A stretch of DNA of 64,000 bases from Candidatus Saccharimonadota bacterium (GTDB lineage: Bacteria; Patescibacteriota; Saccharimonadia; Saccharimonadales; JAXHNE01). Below are positions 61,353 through 64,000 of this stretch, in pieces. The stretch is taken from NCBI GenBank assembly GCA_034520885.1, contig JAXHNE010000009.1:130431-194430 (forward strand), written 5' to 3'. A program made the position numbers and the translations under genes. How positions within the stretch are numbered: the stretch's first letter is position 1; the number at the start of each line of letters is the position of its first letter. The notes below the pieces were generated by a model, which searched no databases, was not told the origin of the DNA, and saw only the letters and a list, made by a program, of their open reading frames with translations.

Positions 61353-63692
61353 AGGATCTTCCTCCCGTTCAACAAAGGCCACGAGAAGGGCGGCGGCAAC
61401 CCCCCGCGGGAGGACGACCACCGGACCGCCTACCTCTGGAAGGAGGTCTGGGCGAAGGACAGCTGGATGGACATCATCCAGCGGTTCATCCACATCGACA
61501 CCGAGGAGATCAAGAAGGACGGCGTCACCGTCGAGGAAGACGAGACGCTGATCTTCCCGCGATATCACCAACTCGAATGCGTCCGAAAGCTGGTCGACAG
61601 CGCGAAACGCGAGGGCTCCGGCGAGGACTACCTCATCCAGCACTCCACCGGGAGCGGGAAGAGCAAGTCCATCGCGTGGCTCGTCCACCGACTCGTCTCG
61701 CTCCACGACGCCAACGACGAGGCGGTCTTCGACGGCGTCGTCGTCGTCACCGACCGCACGATACTGGACGAACAGCTCCGGAACACGATCTACGAACTCG
61801 ACCACAAGACGGGCGTCGTCCACCCGATCACCGGCGAGCACGGTCCGAAGTCGGAGGAACTCGCCGAGGCGCTCGAAGCCGGCAAGCCGGTCATCATCAC
61901 GACGCTCCAGACGTTCCCGTACGTCATCGAACACACGCAGTCGCTCCCGGAACGGGACTACGCCGTCGTCGTCGACGAGGCACACAGCAGCCAGACCGGG
62001 GAGATGTCCGCCGAGATGAAGGGGATCCTCTCCGGGATCGACGAAGACGAGATCGACGACGCCGAGGACGCCATCGTCGCCAACGCGGAAGCCCGGAGCA
62101 AACAGCCGAACCTCAGCTTCTTCGCGTTCACGGCGACGCCGAAGGCGAAGACGCTCCAGATGTTCGGCGAGCCCGACGGCGAGGGCGGCTACGAGCCCTT
62201 CCACCTCTACTCGATGCAGCAGGCCATCGACGAGGGATTCATCCTCGACGTGCTCCAGAACTACACGACCTACGAGACGTTCTACAACGTCGCGAAGGTC
62301 GTCGAGGAGGACCCGCAGGTCCCCGAAAAGAAGGCCGTGAAGGCCATCTCTCGGTTCCTGAAACTCCACCCGCACAACGTCTCACAGAAGGTCGAGATCA
62401 TCGTCGAGCACTTCCGGAACAACACGCAGCACAAGATCGGCGGCAAGGCGAAGGCCATGATCGTCACCTCGTCGCGCGCTCACGCCGTCCGATACAAGAA
62501 GGCCATCGACGAGTACATCGAGGAGAACGGATACGACCTGAGCGCGCTCGTGGCGTTCTCGGGAACCGTCGAAGACGACGGACAGAGCTACACCGAGGAG
62601 GGGATGAACGACGGGATCAAGGAGTCCGAACTCCCGAACGCCTTCGACAGCCAAGCGTACCAGGTCCTCGTCGTCGCCGACAAGTACCAGACCGGCTTCG
62701 ATCAGCCGCTCCTCCACACGATGTACGTGGACAAGAAGCTCTCCGGGATTCAGGCGGTCCAGACGCTTTCCCGTCTGAACCGCACACATCCCGGAAAGGA
62801 GGACACGTTCGTCCTCGACTTCGAGAACGAGCAGTCGGAGATCAAGGAGGCGTTCGAGCCGTTCTACGGGAAGACGACCGTCACGGAGGAGACCGACCCG
62901 CAACACCTCCAGCAGCTCGCGAGCGAACTGAAAGCGTTCCGTATCTACGACCAGAGCGACGTGGACCGATTCGCGGAGGTCTTCTTCGATCCCGAAAACA
63001 CCGGGACAGAGGGCTCACACGCGAAACTGAGTAGTTTGGTACAGCCAGCTCGTGACGAGTTCATGGTCTCGAACGAGGAGACGCAGGAGGAGTTCCGGTC
63101 GACGCTCCGCTCGTTCCTCCGGCTCTACAAGTTCCAGTCGCAGATCGTCAGCTACGCCGATACGCACCTCGAAAAGCTGTACACGTTCGGTCGGTTCCTC
63201 TACAAGGAGCTCCCGAAGGGCTCGGGCCAGCCCAGCGTCGAGTTCGACGACGAACTCGCGCTTCAGTACTACCGGCTCGAAAAGTCGGAGGAGGGAGACA
63301 TCGAACTCGACACGACCGACGGAGAGGTCGAGGGACCGACAGAGACCGGAACTGGTGGCGGAAGTGACGACGATGAAGTCGAACTCTCCACCATCGTCGA
63401 GAAAATCAACGAGAAGCTCGGGACCGATTTCACCGAGGCCGACCAGCTGTTCCTCGAACAGCTGAAGGAGGACGCGCTGGAAGACGATCACCTACGCAGG
63501 TCCGCGAAGGTCAATAGTCGCGAGAACTTCGCTCTGGAGTTCGACAGTGCGCTCACCGAGATGTTCATCGACCGAATGGACCAGAACGAAGAGTTGTTCG
63601 CCGAGTTCATGGACAACGACGAAGTTCAGGAAGTGATCACGGAGCATCTCCGCCAGCAGGTGTATCAAGAAAGCCAGCAAGCCGAAAGCTGA
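61353..63692 (+). CDS. hsdR: Type I restriction enzyme R subunit, lacking its N-terminal nuclease domain; in frame with the sortase fragment (track ORF 60834-63692)
   Basis: RIFLPFNKGHEKGGGNPP...HRTAYLWKEVW, helicase motif I HSTGSGKSKS, motif II VVVDEAHSSQ, TATP, and motif VI QTLSRLNRTHPGK. The protein is very Asp/Glu-rich with GC3-rich codons (GAC, GAG, CTC, GTC, ACG), and is haloarchaeal-looking. Confidence 0.8.
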   Translation, partial: RIFLPFNKGHEKGGGNPPREDDHRTAYLWKEVWAKDSWMDIIQRFIHIDTEEIKKDGVTVEEDETLIFPRYHQLECVRKLVDSAKREGSGEDYLIQHSTGSGKSKSIAWLVHRLVSLHDANDEAVFDGVVVVTDRTILDEQLRNTIYELDHKTGVVHPITGEHGPKSEELAEALEAGKPVIITTLQTFPYVIEHTQSLPERDYAVVVDEAHSSQTGEMSAEMKGILSGIDEDEIDDAEDAIVANAEARSKQPNLSFFAFTATPKAKTLQMFGEPDGEGGYEPFHLYSMQQAIDEGFILDVLQNYTTYETFYNVAKVVEEDPQVPEKKAVKAISRFLKLHPHNVSQKVEIIVEHFRNNTQHKIGGKAKAMIVTSSRAHAVRYKKAIDEYIEENGYDLSALVAFSGTVEDDGQSYTEEGMNDGIKESELPNAFDSQAYQVLVVADKYQTGFDQPLLHTMYVDKKLSGIQAVQTLSRLNRTHPGKEDTFVLDFENEQSEIKEAFEPFYGKTTVTEETDPQHLQQLASELKAFRIYDQSDVDRFAEVFFDPENTGTEGSHAKLSSLVQPARDEFMVSNEETQEEFRSTLRSFLRLYKFQSQIVSYADTHLEKLYTFGRFLYKELPKGSGQPSVEFDDELALQYYRLEKSEEGDIELDTTDGEVEGPTETGTGGGSDDDEVELSTIVEKINEKLGTDFTEADQLFLEQLKEDALEDDHLRRSAKVNSRENFALEFDSALTEMFIDRMDQNEELFAEFMDNDEVQEVITEHLRQQVYQESQQAES

Positions 63693-63727
63693 AGCTGACC
63701 GGACTATCGCCAGAGCTTTCCGAACGT

Positions 63728-63760
63728 TTTCCTAATAGGAATCGTATGCCTATTAGGAAA
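63728..63760. promoter_or_regulatory. Perfect 12-bp inverted repeat (terminator or operator)
   Basis: TTTCCTAATAGG, a 9-nt spacer, then CCTATTAGGAAA. It lies between the hsdR stop and the next gene. Confidence 0.5.
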
Positions 63761-63821
63761 CAGTCGATCTGATAGGGTTGCCATATCCGTTTCCGGAGAT
63801 TGGTATTCCCGATACCAGGCG

Positions 63822-64000
63822 ATGCAGGATGTTCTCGATGTTCTCATCGACCAGCCGTATGCGACGTACTCGATGAGCGAACTCGCAAGCCTCACGGGAG
63901 CGAATAAGGGAACGATCTCAAAGGCGGTCAAACTGCTTTCCGAGCTCGATATCGTCGAGACCGCACCGGACGGGCGGACCCAGCAGGTCCAGATCAACCG
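63822..64000 (+). CDS. Winged-helix transcription regulator, N-terminal part (runs off window end)
   Basis: My translation from ATG 63822: MQDVLDVLIDQPYATYSMSELASLTGANKGTISKAVKLLSELDIVETAPDGRTQQVQIN... This is an HTH plus wing pattern common in haloarchaeal small regulators. The antisense track ORF 63704-63997 is discounted. Confidence 0.55.
   Translation, partial: MQDVLDVLIDQPYATYSMSELASLTGANKGTISKAVKLLSELDIVETAPDGRTQQVQIN

Noticed and set aside
61284-63491. 363-aa minus-strand ORF and 485-aa Arg-rich plus-strand ORF (61577-63034) inside hsdR
   Set aside because: They are out-of-frame or antisense readings of a GC3-rich acidic gene. Frame 60834-63692 carries all the helicase motifs.
61353-63692. 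Calling the hsdR segment an active type I restriction-modification defence system
   Set aside because: The N-terminal nuclease domain is missing, no hsdM or hsdS genes accompany it, and it sits at a probable chimeric junction.

Overview
Best reading: a roughly 49-50% GC, small-genome bacterium with a Gram-positive-like envelope (sortases, LPXTG protein, mur genes). Its gene content looks like Patescibacteria/CPR, Saccharibacteria-like. That placement is inference from motifs only; no database search was possible.

Backbone genes, in order:
- pilB (5' part), recA, recX, tsaE, tsaB, rny, tatA and tatC
- a membrane-anchored Clp-like ATPase, HTH-fused murA, glyA, murB, folD, murI, murD
- three CheY-like receivers and a histidine kinase
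- pyk-pgk-tpiA, pcrA carrying a 361-aa intein, an RpfB-like muralytic protein, rsmA and ssrA
- eight tRNAs: Pro, Gly, Arg-TCT, His, Arg-TCG, Lys, Glu, plus one tRNA-Glu-derived relic

Four kinds of non-backbone signal sit on top of this:
1. An AT-rich (~36% GC) four-gene island at 32.2-36.7 kb lies between the receiver genes and the kinase. It encodes a HIGH-less arginyl-tRNA-synthetase paralogue, an ALDH-fold enzyme and two unknown proteins. This is my best candidate for an undescribed system.
2. Three high-GC blocks have GC3-rich codon usage foreign to the backbone.
   - 39.4-41.3 kb: a membrane protein and a lipoprotein behind a CTAG-rich 0.4-kb leader.
   - 44.1-45.9 kb: a tail-fibre-like protein and an SGNH esterase next to tRNA-Glu.
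   - 61.35-64.0 kb: a haloarchaeal-looking, N-terminally truncated hsdR fused in frame to half a sortase gene. This is either an assembly chimera or a real inter-domain transfer.
3. tRNA and tmRNA 3' ends are duplicated repeatedly 70-200 bp downstream of Pro, Gly, Arg-TCG and Lys. Four tandem 101-bp units follow ssrA.
4. Small selfish genes (one HNH, two GIY-YIG) sit at these tRNA loci.

No rRNA genes and no CRISPR arrays were seen. All homology calls come from motif recognition by eye.
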